A stretch of 64,000 bases of DNA from Cetorhinus maximus (taxonomy: Eukaryota): positions 20,336,001 through 20,400,000 of the forward strand of contig NC_135894.1 in the NCBI RefSeq assembly GCF_964194155.1, given 5' to 3'. The notes beneath the pieces were generated by a model. It made no database searches. It was not told where the DNA came from and worked only from the letters and a program-made list of their open reading frames with translations. Below, piece by piece: positions 10,896-23,700 of this stretch (the stretch's first letter is position 1; every line of letters begins with the position of its first letter). Made by a program: the position numbers and the translations under genes.

Positions 10896-13800
10896 GTCAT
10901 AGAGGTCTACAGCACAGAAAAAGGCCCTTCAGCCCATCAAGTCTGTGCCAGTCAAACAAGTACCTAACTATTCTAATCCCATTTTCCATCACTAGGCCCT
11001 TGGCCTTGTACACTATGGCATCGCAAGTGCACATCCAAATACTAGTTAACTGTTATGAGGGTTTCTGCCTCTACCACCCTTTCGGGCAGTGAGTTCCAGA
11101 TTCCCACTACCCTCTGGGTGAAAAAATTCTTCCTCATATCCCCTCTAAACTTCCTGCCCCTTACCTTAAATCTATGCCCCCTGGTTATTGATCCCTCCAA
11201 CAAGGGGAAAAGTTCCTTCCTGTCTACATTATCTATGCCCCTCATAATTTTATACACCTCAATCATGTTCCCCCTCAATCTCCTCTGCTCCAGGGAAAAT
11301 AACCCCAGTCTATCCAATCTCTCCTCATAACTAAAACTCCAGCCCAGGCAACATCCTGGTAAATATCCTCTACACTCTCTCTAGTGCAATCACATCCTTC
11401 CTATAATGCGGATTCCACAACTGCATGCAATACTCTAGCTGTGGCCAAGCAGGGTTTTATACAGTTCCAGCATAACCTCCCTTCTCTTATATTCTGTGCC
11501 TCGGCTAATAAAGGCAAGTATCCCATATGCCTTCTTAACCACCTTATCTACCTGTCCTGCTACCTTAAGGGACCAGTGGACATGCATACCAAGGTCCCTC
11601 TGATCCTCGGTACTTCCCAGGGTCCTGCTATTCATCGTGTATTCCAGTGCCTTGTTTGTCCTGCCCAAGTGTATCACCTCACACTTATCCGGATTAAATG
11701 TGCTGCCTGGGAGGGTGGTGGAGGCGGGTTGCCTCACATCCTTTAAAAAGTACCTGGATGAGCACTTGGCACATCATAACATTCAAGGCTATGGGCCAAG
11801 TGCTGGTAAATGGGATTAGGTAGGTCAGGTGTTTCTCACGTGTCGGTGCGGACTCGATGGGTCGAAGGGCCTCTTCTGCGCTGTGATTCTATGAAATTCC
11901 ATTTGCCACTGATTAGCCCATCTGACCAGCCCGTCTATATCTTCCTGTAATCTAAGGCTATCCTCCTCACTATTTACCACCCCACCAATTTTCGTGCCAT
12001 CCGCAAACTTACTAATCAACCCTCCTACATTCAAGTCTAAATCGTTTATAAATAACACAAACATCAAGGGACCCAACACCGATCCCTGTGGAACCCCACT
12101 GGACACAGGCATCCAGTCACAAAATCACCCCTTGATCATCACCCTCTGCTTCCTGCCACTCGGCCAATTCTGGATCCACTTTGCCAAATTGCCTTGGATC
12201 CCATGGGCTCTTACCTTCGTTATGAGTCTACCATGCAGGACCTTATCAAAAGCCTTGCTGAAGCCCAAGTAGACTACGTCAAATGCATTGCCCTCACCAA
12301 CACACCTGGTCACCTGTTCGAAAAATTCAATCAATTTGGTCAGACATGACCTCCCCTTAACAAAACCATGCTGACTGTCCTTGACTAATCCCTGTCTCTC
12401 CAAGTGTAGATTAATTCTGTCCCTCAGAATTGCTTCTAATACTTTCCCCACCACCGAGGTTAGACTGACTGGCCTGTAGTTCCCTGGTTTGTTCCTTCCT
12501 CCCTCATTGAATAACAGTACCACATTGGCTGTTCTCCAGTCCTCTGGCACCTCTCCTGTGGCCAGAGAGGTATTGAAAATTATTGCCAGCGCCCCTGCTA
12601 TCTCCTCCCTTGCCTCACTCAACAGCCTGGGATACATTTCACCCAGGCCTGGAGATTTATCTACTTTTAAGCCTGCCAGACCGCTTAGAACCTCCTCCCT
12701 TTCTATGCTAATTTCTTTAATTATATCACAGTCCTTCTGTCTGATTTCTGTTCTCCCATCGTCCCTCTCACTTGTGAACACTAACATAAAGTATTTATTT
12801 AGAACTCTACCTACGTCTTCCTGCTCCACACACAAATTACCACTATGGTCCTTAATTGGCCCTACTCTTTCCCTAGTTATCCTCTTACTCTTAATGTACT
12901 TGTAAAATGACTTTGGATTTTCCTTTATTTTACCTGCCAATGTTCTTTCATGCCCCCTTTTTGCTCTCCTAATTTCCTTTTTAAGTTCCCCCCCTACACA
13001 TTCTATACTGTAGGGCTTCGGCTGTTTTGAGCCCTCGGTATCTGCCATAAGCCTCCCCTTTTCTCTTTATCCAACCCTGTATATCCCTCGACATCCAAGG
13101 TTCCCTGGATTTGTTGGTCCCACCCTTTGTCTTTACTGGAATATGTTGGCCCTGTACTCTCCCTATTTCCTTCTTGAATGAGTCCCACTGCTCTGATGCA
13201 GATTTACCTAAAAGTAGCTGCTCCCAGTCCATTCTGGCCAAATTATATCTGATCATATTAAAATTGGCATTCCCTCAATTTAGAACTCTGATTTCTGGCC
13301 CATCCTTGTCCTTTTCCATAACAACCTTGAATCTAATGGAGTTATGATCACTATCTGCAAAATGCACCCCCACTGATACCTCTACCACTTGCCCGGCTTC
13401 ATTCCTTAAAATTTAGTCCAGGACCTTCTCTTGTAGGACCTTCTACGTACTGGCTTAAAACACTCTCCTGGATGCATTTTAAGAATTCTGCTCCCTCTAA
13501 ACCTATCACACTGTGACTAACCCAGTTAATTTTGGGAAGTTGAAATCTACCCTGTTATTGAATACTACCCTATTATTTTTACACTTCTCTGAAATTTGCC
13601 TACATATCTGCTCTTCTATTTCTCTCTGACTGTTTGGGGGCCTATAGTGCACTACCAGCAATGTGATTGCTCCTTTTTTGTTTTTAAATTCTACCCATAT
13701 GGCTTCATTTGAGGAGCCTTCTATGATGTCATCTCTCCTTACTGCTGTGATTGATTCCTTGAACAATATTGCGATACCCCTTTCTCTTTTACCTCCTTTC

Positions 13801-14060
13801 CTGTGTTGCCTGAAGACCCTATATCCTGGAATATTGAGCTGCCAATCCTGCCCCTCACGCAACCATGTCTCTGTGACAGCAATGACTTCATACTTCCATG
13901 TGTTAATTTGTGCCTCCAACTCATCTGCCTTATTTGTCAGACTCCTTGCATTAAAATAAATACTATCCAACCTTGCCAAACTCCCTTGTGCGTTAACTGG
14001 CCTATAATTTCTATGCCTTCCAGACTCACTTGCTTTCTCTTCTAATTTTGGCTGTGCATC
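10896..14060 (-). mobile_element. Young CR1 LINE with nearly complete ORF2 (APE endonuclease + RT), few disruptions
   Basis: APE motifs YFNARSL, AVTETWL, YRPPN (ORF 13506..14093); RT motifs YRPVSLTSVVGK, FSKAFDKV, GVPQGSVLGP, KFADGTK; 3' tail at 10896. Confidence 0.95.
11699..11892 (+). mobile_element. Short 5'-truncated CR1 3'-end (or CR1-tailed SINE) inserted into the young CR1
   Basis: Interrupts host sequence GGATTAAAT|TCCATTTG with AAAT on both sides; near-identical copy at ~31545-31740. Confidence 0.8.
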
Positions 14061-15419
14061 TGATGTGGGTGACATTTTGACCATATGATGCACAGAAATT
14101 CTAAGTGACTTTTTTACCAGAAAAAAAGTACATCTGACAGTCCAGCAAATGCAGTTGATTAAAAGAAACGGCTAACAATATTTCCAAAAGAGTAGTAAGC
14201 TTGAAGATTGGGAGGATTTTAAAAATCAGCAAAGGATGACTATGAAAGTGATAAAGTGAGAGGAAATAGGATATAAGAGCAAACTAGCAAGAAATATGAA
14301 AACAAATGGCAGAGACGTTAAACAAATATTTTGTCTGGCTTAATAGCAGAAGACACAAAGAACATTTGGGAAAATGTGAGGAACCAAGCATCCAAGTGAG
14401 AGTGAGGAACTTAAAATAATGAATATTAGTAGAGAAAAGATCCAGAGGAATTAATGGAACTAAAAGCCAACAAACCCCCTGGTGGCCTACATCCTCGGCT
14501 TTTCAAAGAGATGGCTGCAGAGATGGTGGATGCATTGTTTTTGATCTTTCAGAATTCCCTATATTCTAAAACGGCCCCCATGGATTGGAAGGTAGTAATT
14601 GTAATTCCATTGTTCAAAGATGGGAGGGAGAGAGAAAACGGAACCAAACGGCAGTTAGCCTAACATCAGTAATTGTCAAAATGCTGGAATGTATTCTTAA
14701 GGACATGATAACAGGGAACTTGGAAATTCGCTGTGATTGGGCAGTGTCAACATAGATTTATGAAGAGGAAATCCTGCTTGACAAATCGATTTTTTTGAGG
14801 GCATAATTGGGAGGGTAGATGTGGAAGAGCCAGTGAATGCCATGCGTTTGGATTTTCAGAAGGCCTTTAAGTTGCCACACGATGGGTCATTACACATAAT
14901 TAGTGTTTATGTGGATGGGGGCTCCTTCAGTAATACCACCTGGGGGGGTGGGTGGTTGAGGAATGTAAAAATTCAGCCATGATCTTATCATATCAAATCT
15001 GTGGATTTGTGGGGCTTTATGGCCTACAAAGCATCTTCCAGTGTTATTTATAATCAGCATATTGACTCGGAATGTTTAGATTTGATGCCTGGTCAGTCAG
15101 TAAATTTTAGTTGCTGCAGTGATGTGATGCTATAGTCAGCCTCATCTCCTCCGGGTTCAAGAATTGGAGAAGGTAAACTGGGCTTCACTGCGTAATGATT
15201 CTTCTCCTTCCTTGATAATTGTTCAGAGAGTCCTAATGGACTCTCTCTTCCAATATGAAGATATGATTGATTTATTGAATAATCTCAATCAAAGTGAAGT
15301 GAAGAATAGATGCTTGGGCAAGATACTGACTGGCTATTACACATTTAGGCACTGGAGGACTTATTTTGTCGCATCAATAATCGGACTAACAGGGGAACTA
15401 GGTGATATAATGGATTAGC

Positions 15420-15830
15420 ATGATGCTTGCACATGGGTTCAAATCTTGCAACATCTGGAGGGATGAATGTCTTCTGTTTCTGCCAGTGGTAAACATTTCA
15501 TATGAAGTAAGTTTTCAGTATCTCAATTCGGTTATTCCTGGGTGTGAGAATACGTCACTAAAGTACCCATGATTTGATAAAAGTTGTACAAACGTATCAG
15601 TCATTGAGCCAGTCCACAATGTTGGCTAGCCTGGGAAATGTACTAGTGGTGCAATAGAAGGTGCTCTTTTAAGGTTGTAGTTAAGGTATATTGTTGATTC
15701 AGAGTAGAGGGACATTTTCTTTCCTTCTGGCTATGCTGTACTTAACCTGGAAATACTTCATGTTGTCGTTAGTTGTAAAAAGCTTTCTTTTTCCCAACAT
15801 TGACATCGTTCACCTTGGTGAAAACAAAAA
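15420..15830 (+). mobile_element. LF-SINE-like ancient tRNA SINE, degenerate
   Basis: GGGTTCAAATC B-box followed by ATATGAAGTAAGTTTTCAGTATCTCAATTCGGTTATTCC, resembling the recalled LF-SINE core; related sequence on the minus strand at ~40140-40260. Confidence 0.4.
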
Positions 15831-15946
15831 AAAATACTGCATTAAGTAATGCAAATTTGTACAAACAGGCCAGTGAAGTTTTTATTCTCTCAAATTGGGG
15901 GTCATACGTTTACTTCCTTTCTAATAATACTACTTTCCATCTATAG

Positions 15947-16013
15947 GGAGCTGATCGAACTGCTTGCATTGTCCAGAAACCAGAAAATTGCACAACCAGG
16001 AGAGGAAAATCAG
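15947..16013 (+). CDS. MED4: MED4 coding exon 2 (67 nt)
   Basis: ELIELLALSRNQKIAQPGEENQ; TAG| acceptor and |GTGAGG donor; phases fit exons 1 and 3. Confidence 0.96.
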
Positions 16014-16814
16014 GTGAGGAATGAAAGATGCCTACCTCAGGCAATGCATTAAGTCTTGTATGATTTCTAAGAAGTCCTTGTCTCTGAAGGTTTTCGGATC
16101 TTTTTAGAATTATTCAGCTGAATTTGATCAGATTTAGTTAAAAGAAAACTCATCCAGATTGACTGACAAATGTAGAAATATCGCAGGAACAGTGGGCATT
16201 GCTCAGTCTAAAAATGTAAGCTTAATTGCGTTATCCAGTATAATTGCTTCCAATATTTCCCCATTATAGTTGTTTCAAGCTATAGACGGTTATGACACCT
16301 GATGAGTACATGCTTCCCCTCATGGGGGAATCTAGAACTAGGGGACACAGTTTAAAAATAAGGGATCTCCCATTTAAAATGGAGATGAGGAGGAATTTCT
16401 TCTCTGAGGGCTATTAGTCTTTGGAATTCTCTCCCACAGAGAGTAGTGAAGGCTTGGCTATTGAATATACTCAAGACTGGGTTAGACAGATTTTTGAGCT
16501 GCAAGGGAGTCGAGGGTTATGGGGAGCAGGCAGGAAAGTGTTGAAGCCACAATCAGATCAGCCATGATCTTATTGAATGGCAGAACGGGTTCAATGGACT
16601 GAATGGCCAATCGTGCTCCTGCTCCTATTTCTTATGATCTTATGATATTAAAAAACAGCCCACCTGAACTCAATGGAAATTATGAATAAAGGATCCTGGA
16701 ACAGGATTCTACTACCAGCTTTTAAGAACTAATTAGTTCAAGTAACTGAATAATGTCTGTAAATTGTATTTAATAGTTCAATCAGCTTCTTAAACTATAG
16801 TATTTATTTTTCAG

Positions 16815-16985
16815 ATCCTGACTCTGTTGATTCAGAAGGATGGAGAATTCCAAGAAATAGTAAGAGTAGCGTTGGAACAAGGCAAAATCCAAGAGGAAAT
16901 GCACCTTCTGGAGAAAGAGGTGGAAAAAAGAGATGGTGACATCCAGCAGTTACAGAAACAGCTCAAAGAGGCCGAACACATATTA
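16815..16985 (+). CDS. MED4: MED4 coding exon 3 (171 nt)
   Basis: [57 protein letters not shown]; CAG| acceptor and |GTGAGT donor. Confidence 0.97.
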
Positions 16986-17224
16986 GTGAGTTATAGCTAC
17001 CTTGCAATGTAAATGTTTCACAAGTCTTAATCAGAAGCAGACTTTTCTGTTGAACATTTGGAACTTGCAGATAATTGAAGGTTCCCTTATCCTTTGTCTT
17101 ATGGTACAGCCTTTTTAAGCTTCCAGTTGGATTATTTAAATTACCTAATCAGGTTCTCAAAATGTGCAGATCAAACAGATTTTTTCTACTTTATAAATTT
17201 CTTGACACTTGTTGATCTGGACTC

Positions 17225-18900
17225 ATAGAAATATAGAATCATTGAATGGTTACTACACAGAAGGAGGCCATTCAGCCCACCAAGTCCATGCTGGTTCCCT
17301 GCAAGAGTAATATTGTACAGTAGTTCCGCCCTTTCCCTATAAACCTTGCAAATTTTTTCACTTCAAGTGCTTATCCAATCCCCTCTTGAAAGCCCTAATT
17401 GAATCTCCCTCAAGAAGTGTATTGTAGATTGCAACCACTCACCACATACAAAAGCTTTTCCGAAAGTCGCCACTGGTTCTTTTGCCAATCACCTTAAATG
17501 GGTGTCATCTGGTTTCTGACCCTTCTGCCAGTGGGAACAATTTCTATCTGTTCTGTTGACACTCCTCATGATTGTGAAAATCTCTATCAAATTTCTTCTC
17601 AATGTTCTCTAATGAGACCCACCCCAGCTTTTCCAATCTAACCAGTAATTGAAGTCTCTCATCCCTGGGACCATTCTTGTAAATCTTTTCTGCACCCTAT
17701 CTAATGCCTTCACATCTTTCCTAAAGCGTGATGCCCAGAATTCAAAATAATACTTCAGCTGAAGCCAAACCACTATGTAAAGGTTCGCCATAACTTCCTT
17801 GCTTATGTACTATGCATAAAGCCCAGGATCCTAAATGCATTATGAGCTGCTTTCTCAACCTGTTCTGCCATCTCCAACAATTTGTGCATGAATCCCCCAG
17901 ATCTGTCTGCAACCTGCACCTTTAGAATTCTATCCTTTATTTTACATTGCCTCTCCTTGTTTTTCCTACCAAAATGCATCACTTCACATTCCTATGCATT
18001 AAATTTCATCTGCCACATGTCCACTTATTCTACCAGCCTGGCTATGTCTTGAAGTTTATCACCACCTTCCTCATAGTTCATAATATTTCAAGTTTAGTGT
18101 CATCTGCAAATTCTGAAATTGTGCCCTGTACAGCCAAGTCTATGTCATTAATATATATCAAGAAAAGCAGTAGTCCTAGTACTGACTCTTAGGAAACTCC
18201 ACTAAGAACCATAAGAAATAGAAGCAAGAGTAGGCCATTGTTTCGAGTCTGCTCCACTGATCTTCTACCTTCGATATTCCTTAATCTCCTTAGTATCCAA
18301 AAATCTATTGATCTCTGTCTTTAAATTATTCAACAACTGAGTAGTCACTGCCCTCTCAGGCAGAAATTTCTAAAGATTCATAACTCTTTGAAGAAATTTC
18401 TCTTCACCTCAGTTCTAAGTGGGGTGCCTTTATTCTGAGACCGTGACCTCTGAGTTCGAGATTCCCTAGCCAAAGGAAATATCCTTCCAGCATCTACGCT
18501 GTTAAGTCCCTTTAAGAATTTTATATATTTCAATGAGATCACCTCGCATTCTTCTGAATTCCAGGGAATCTAGTTCCAGTCTACTCTATCTCTCCTCGGA
18601 GAACAATCCCCAGGAACCAGTTTCATTAACTTGCATGACACTTCCGACAAGGCCATTATATCATTCCTTAGGTAAAGAAACCAAATGTGTACAAATAACT
18701 CCAGGAGTGGTCTTACCAAGGCCCAATACAATTTCAGTGACTCTCCTTCACTCTTGTACTTTAATCCCTTTGTATTAAAGGCTAACACCATTTGCTTTCC
18801 TAACTGCTTGCAGTATCTGCATGTGAACTTTCTGTGATTTGTGTATAAGGACACCCAGGTGCCTCTGAACTCTAATATTTCCAAATCTCTCTCCATTCAT
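17225..18900 (-). mobile_element. Older CR1 3' fragments (two adjacent copies)
   Basis: FWASRFRKDVKALDRVQKRFTRMVPGM and similar motifs; the second copy resumes at ~21231 after the young CR1 insertion. Confidence 0.85.
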
Positions 18901-18904
18901 CTCT

Positions 18905-21230
18905 CTCCGCCAGGGGACGGCCCTGGACTTAATTTTAGGGAATGAAGCCGGGCAAGTGGAAGAGGTATCAGTGAGGGAGCATTTTGCAAATAGTGATCAT
19001 AACTCCATTAGATTCAAGGTTGTGATGGAAAAGGACAAGGATGGGCCAGAAATCAGAGTTCTAAATTGGGGCAACGCCGATTTTAATATGATCAGATATA
19101 ATTTGGCCAGAATGGACTGGGAGCAGCTACTTTTAGGTAAATCTGCATCAGAGCAGTGGGACTCATTCAAGAAGGAAATAGGGAGAGTACAGGGCCAACA
19201 TATTCCAGTAGAGACAAAAGGTGGGACCAACAGATCCAGGGAACCTTGGATGTCGAGGGATATACATGGTTGGATTAAGAGAAAAAGGGAGGCTTATGGC
19301 AGATACCGAGGGCTCAAAACAGCAGAAGCCCCACAGGAGTATAGAATATGTAGGGGGGGAACTTAAAAAGGAAATTAGGAGAGCAAAAAGGGGGCACGAA
19401 TGAACATTGGCAGGTAAAATAAAGGAAAATCCAAAGTTATTTTAAAAGTACATTAAGAGTAAGAGGATAACTAGGGAAAGAGTAGGGCCCATTAAGGACC
19501 ATAGTGGTAATTTGTGTGTGAAGCAGGAAGATGTAGGTAGGGTTCTAAATGAATACTTTGTGTCGGTGTTCACAAGTGAGAGGAACGACATGGGTATGGA
19601 AATCAGGCAGAAGGACTGTGATATAATTAAAGAAATTAGCATAGAAAGGGAAAAGGTTCTAAGCGGTCTGGCAGGCTTAAAAGTAGATAAATCTCCAGGC
19701 CTGGATGAAATGTATCCCAGGCTGTTGAGTGAGATAAGGGAGGAGATAGCAGGGGCACTGGCAATAATTTTCAATACCTCTCTGGCCACAGGAGAGGTGC
19801 CAGAGGACTGGAGGACAGCCAACGTGGTACTGTTATTCAATGAGGGAGGAAGGGATAAACCAGGAACTACAGGCTAGTCAGTCTAACCTCAGTGGTGGGG
19901 AAAGTATTAGAAGCAATTCTGAGGGACAGAATTAATCTACACTTGGAGAGACAGGGATTAGTCAAGGACAGTCAGCATGATTAAGGGGAGGTCATGTCAG
20001 ACCAATTTGTTTGAATTTTTCGAAGGGGCGACCAGGTGTGTTGGTGAGGGCAATGCATTTGACGTAGTCTACTTGGACTTCAGCAAGGCTTTTGATAAGG
20101 TCCCGCATGAGAGACTGATAACTAAGGTAAGAGCCCATGGGATCCAAGGCAATTTGGCAAATTGGATCCAGAATTGGCTGAGTAGCAGGAAGCAGAGGGT
20201 GATGATCGAGGGATGTCTGAGTCCAGTGGGGTTCTACAGGGATCGGTGTTGGGTCCTTTGCTGTTTGTGGTATTTATAAACGATTTAAACTTGAATGTAG
20301 GAGGGTTGATCAGCAAGTTCGTGGATGACACGAAAGTTGGTGGGATGCTAAACAGTGAGGATAGCCTTAGATTTCAGGAGGATGTAGACGGGCTGGTCAT
20401 ATGGGCTGATCAGTAGTAAATGGAATTTAATCTGGATAAGTGTGAGGTGATACACTTGGGCAGGACAGACAAAGCACGGGAATACACAATGAATGGTAGG
20501 ACCCTGGGAAGTACCAAGGATCAGAGGGACCTTGGTGTGCATGTCCACTGGTCCCTTGAGGTAGTGGGACAGGTAAATAAGGTGGTTAAGGAGGCATATG
20601 GGATACTTGTCTTTATAAGCCGAGGCATAGAATATAAGAGCAGGGAGGTTATGCTGGAACTGTATAAAACACTGGTTAGGCCACAGCTAGAGTATTGTGT
20701 GCAGTTCTGGAATCTGCATTATAGGACGGATGTGATTGCACTAGAGAGAGTGCAGAGGAGATTTACCAGGATGTTGCCTGGGCTGGAGAGTTTTAGTTAT
20801 GAGGAGAGTTTGGATAGACTGGGGTTATTTTCCCTGGAGCAGAGGAGATTGAGGGGGAACATGATTGGGGTGTATAAAATTATGAGGGGCAATAAATAGG
20901 GTAGACAAGAAGGAAATTTTCCCCTTATTGGAGGGATCAATAACCAGGGGGCATAGATTTAAGGTAAGGGGAAAGAGGTTTAGAGGGGATGTGAGGAAGA
21001 ATTTTTCACCCAGAGGGTGGTGGGAATCTGGAACTCACTGCCTGAAAGGGTGGTAGAAGCAGAAACCCTCATAACATTTAAGAAGTATTTGGATGTGCAC
21101 TTGTGATGCCATGGCATACAAGACTATGGGCCTAGTGCTGGAAAATGGGATTAGAATAATTAGGTATTTGTTTGACTGGTGCATACTCGATGGGCTGAAG
21201 GGCCTTTTTCTGTAGACCTCTAAGATTCTG
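18905..21230 (+). mobile_element. Young CR1 LINE (5'-truncated ORF2), same subfamily as 10896-14060, nested in an older CR1
   Basis: ORFs 18956..20899 nearly identical to those of the minus-strand copy (MIRYNLARMDWEQLLLGKSASEQWDSFKKEIG.., EIAGALAIIFNTSLATGEVPEDW). Confidence 0.95.
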
Positions 21231-22130
21231 TTTTAAAAATCCTGTTTTCTATTTTCCTCCCAAAAATGGATAAGTTCACACTTTTCCACGTTATATTCTG
21301 TCTGCTATGCTCTTTCCCACTCATTCAACCTACCCATATCTCTTTGCACCTTCTTTGCCTCTAACTTTGTATTGACAGGAAATGTGGATACATTACTCTC
21401 CATACCCTCATCTAAGTCATTTATATAAATTGTAAATAGCTGAGGCCCAAACACTGCTTCATGTGGTATACCGCTAGCTACAGCTTGCCAACTCAGGAAT
21501 TACCAGTTAATTCTTACTTTGTTTTTTGTCCATTAATCAGTCCTCAATCCATGCTAATGTATTGCCCCCAATCCCATGAACCCTAACTTTATGTGATAAT
21601 CTCGTGCATTATCTTATTTTTGAAAATCCAAATACACCACAATCACTGGTTCCCCCTTATCTACCCTGCTGGTTACAACCTTAAGGAATTCTTAACAGAT
21701 TTGTCAAACATGATTTCCCTTTCATAAATCTGTATCGACTCTGCCTAATCATGATTTTCTAACTGCTCTGTCATCGCATCTTGAATAATAGATTCTAGCA
21801 TTTTCCGTACTATTGTCATCAGGCTAATTGTCCTATAGTTCCCAGTTTTTTTTTTAACCTCCCTCCTTTCTAGAATATTGGGATTACACTTGCTACCTTC
21901 TGATCTCTGTGGACTGTTCTATGTTCTAGGGAATTCTGGAAGATCAAAACCAATGCAGCCACCTTTTTTTAAAACCATAAGATACAGGCTGTCAGATTCA
22001 GGGGATTTGTCAACCTTAAGTCACATCAGTTTCTCCTACAGTATCTCTACTGATAATATACATCATTTCCAATAGACCTTTGGTTCACCACTATTTCTTG
22101 AAACCTTTTTTGTCTTCCAGTGTGAAGGCA
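21231..22130 (-). mobile_element. Older CR1 RT fragment (continuation of the ~18210-18900 copy)
   Basis: Degenerate RT-region sequence on the minus strand, ending in the 31-bp minisatellite. Confidence 0.75.
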
Positions 22131-22401
22131 GTCCCACTGTTTGTCTTCCAGTGTGAAGGCAGTCCCACTGTTTGTCTTCCAGTGTGAAGGCAGTCCCACT
22201 GTTTGTCTTCCAGTGTGAAGGCAGTCCCACTGTTTGTCTTCCAGTGTGAAGGCAGTCCCACTGTTTGTCTTCCAATGTGAAGGCAGTCCCACTGTTTGTC
22301 TTCCAATGTGAAGGCAGTCCCACTGTTTGTCTTCCAATGTGAAGGCAGTCCCACTGTTTGTCTTCCAATGTGAAGGCAGTCCCACTGTTTGTCTTCCAAT
22401 G
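22108..22401. repeat. 31-bp minisatellite, ~9.5 copies
   Basis: Unit TTTGTCTTCCA(G/A)TGTGAAGGCAGTCCCACTG; explains the 31-aa periodic ORFs at 22047-22606. Confidence 0.97.
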
Positions 22402-22659
22402 TTGCCCGGCATTCCTTTGCTTCGCGCCACAATGGGGAGTTGTACATTGAACTATCAGGACTTCTGGTCAACCTCAATTCTGTTAGTGGTGTCTGGCTTT
22501 CCTGAATGCCAGAGCCACCAGCTACTCCTCGAACCACCCTGCAAAATGGAGCCTGGCCTGCCTCTGGGAGAGGATGTGGTGCCACAACCAATGACACCAG
22601 CAACATCGGAGTTAGGATCCTCCAGATCCACTGGCATTTCAGCTAACAGATTAAAGGAA

Positions 22660-22895
22660 GGATGAGATATTAAACCGAGACCTGCCTGCTCTCTCAGGTG
22701 GACATAAAAGATGCTATGGCACTACTTTGAAGAAGAGCAAGGGAATTAAGCACATTATCCTGGCCAATCAACATTTCTAAAAACAGATTATCTAGTCATT
22801 ATCACGTTGCTGCTTGTGAGAACCTACTGTGTACAAATTGGTATTTCCTTAATTAGTACGTACTTAATGGGCTGCAAAGTGTTTTGGGGATGACC
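22660..22895 (+). mobile_element. Deu-domain SINE (SacSINE1/AmnSINE1-like)
   Basis: GGATGAGATATTAAACCGAGACC...AAAAGATGCTATGGCACTACTTTGAAGAAGAGCAAGGG...TCCTGGCCAA matches the recalled Deu core. Confidence 0.7.
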
Positions 22896-22909
22896 TAGGT
22901 TGTTTACCT

Positions 22910-23700
22910 AGAAACAGGCCATTCGGCCCAATCAGTCCATGCTGATGTTGATGCTCCACTTGAATCTCTGACCATCTTTTCTCATCTAAATATGTCATTG
23001 TAACCCTCTATTATCTTCTCCCACATATGCTTCTCCAGCTTCACCTTAAATATATCTATACTATTCACTTCAACCACTTCCTGGTACCGAGTTCTACATT
23101 CTCATCACTCTTTGGGTGAAGAAGTTTCTTCTGAATTCCCCATTGCATTCCTTGTTGACAATCTTATATTGACGGCTTCTAGTTATGCTCTCCCCCACAA
23201 GAGGAAACATTCTCTCTATCCACTCTATCAAAACCTTTCATAATTTTAAATACCTGTATTAGGTCACCCTTTAGCCTTTTTTTTCCCCCAAGAGAAAAAA
23301 GACCCAGTCTGTCAATCCTTTCCTAATATGTATACCCATGCATTTCTGGTATCATCCTTGGAAGTAAATCTTCTCTGCAACCTCTTCAGTACTTCTATAT
23401 ATCCCTTTTATAATATGGTGACCAGAACTGCACACACTGCTCTTAAGTGTGGTGTAACCAAGGTTTGAAACAAATTTAGCATAACTTCTCTACTTTCTAT
23501 CCCTCTAGAAATAAAGCCTAGTGCTTTATTTATGGCCTTACTGTAGCACAACTTGTAGTGATTGGTGTTTGTACTTGGAGATCTCTTTGTTCCTTTAACC
23601 CACCTAAACTTGTAACTTCCAAGTAATGTGACCTCTCTATTCTTCCTACAAAATATACTACCTTACATTTATCTGTGTTGAACTTCATTTCCCAGTTGTG
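22910..23700 (-). mobile_element. CR1 3' fragment
   Basis: WEMKFNTDKCKVVYF..EQRDL motif and CR1 3' tail. Confidence 0.8.

Noticed and set aside
12125-13048. 307-aa ORF (longest in the window) as a host or domesticated gene
   Set aside because: It is an internal piece of CR1 ORF2 bounded by frameshifts, with a near-identical copy at 19-20 kb.
22108-22401. 31-bp repeat array as a CRISPR array
   Set aside because: Units are contiguous with no unique spacers, there are no cas genes, and the context is a vertebrate intron.
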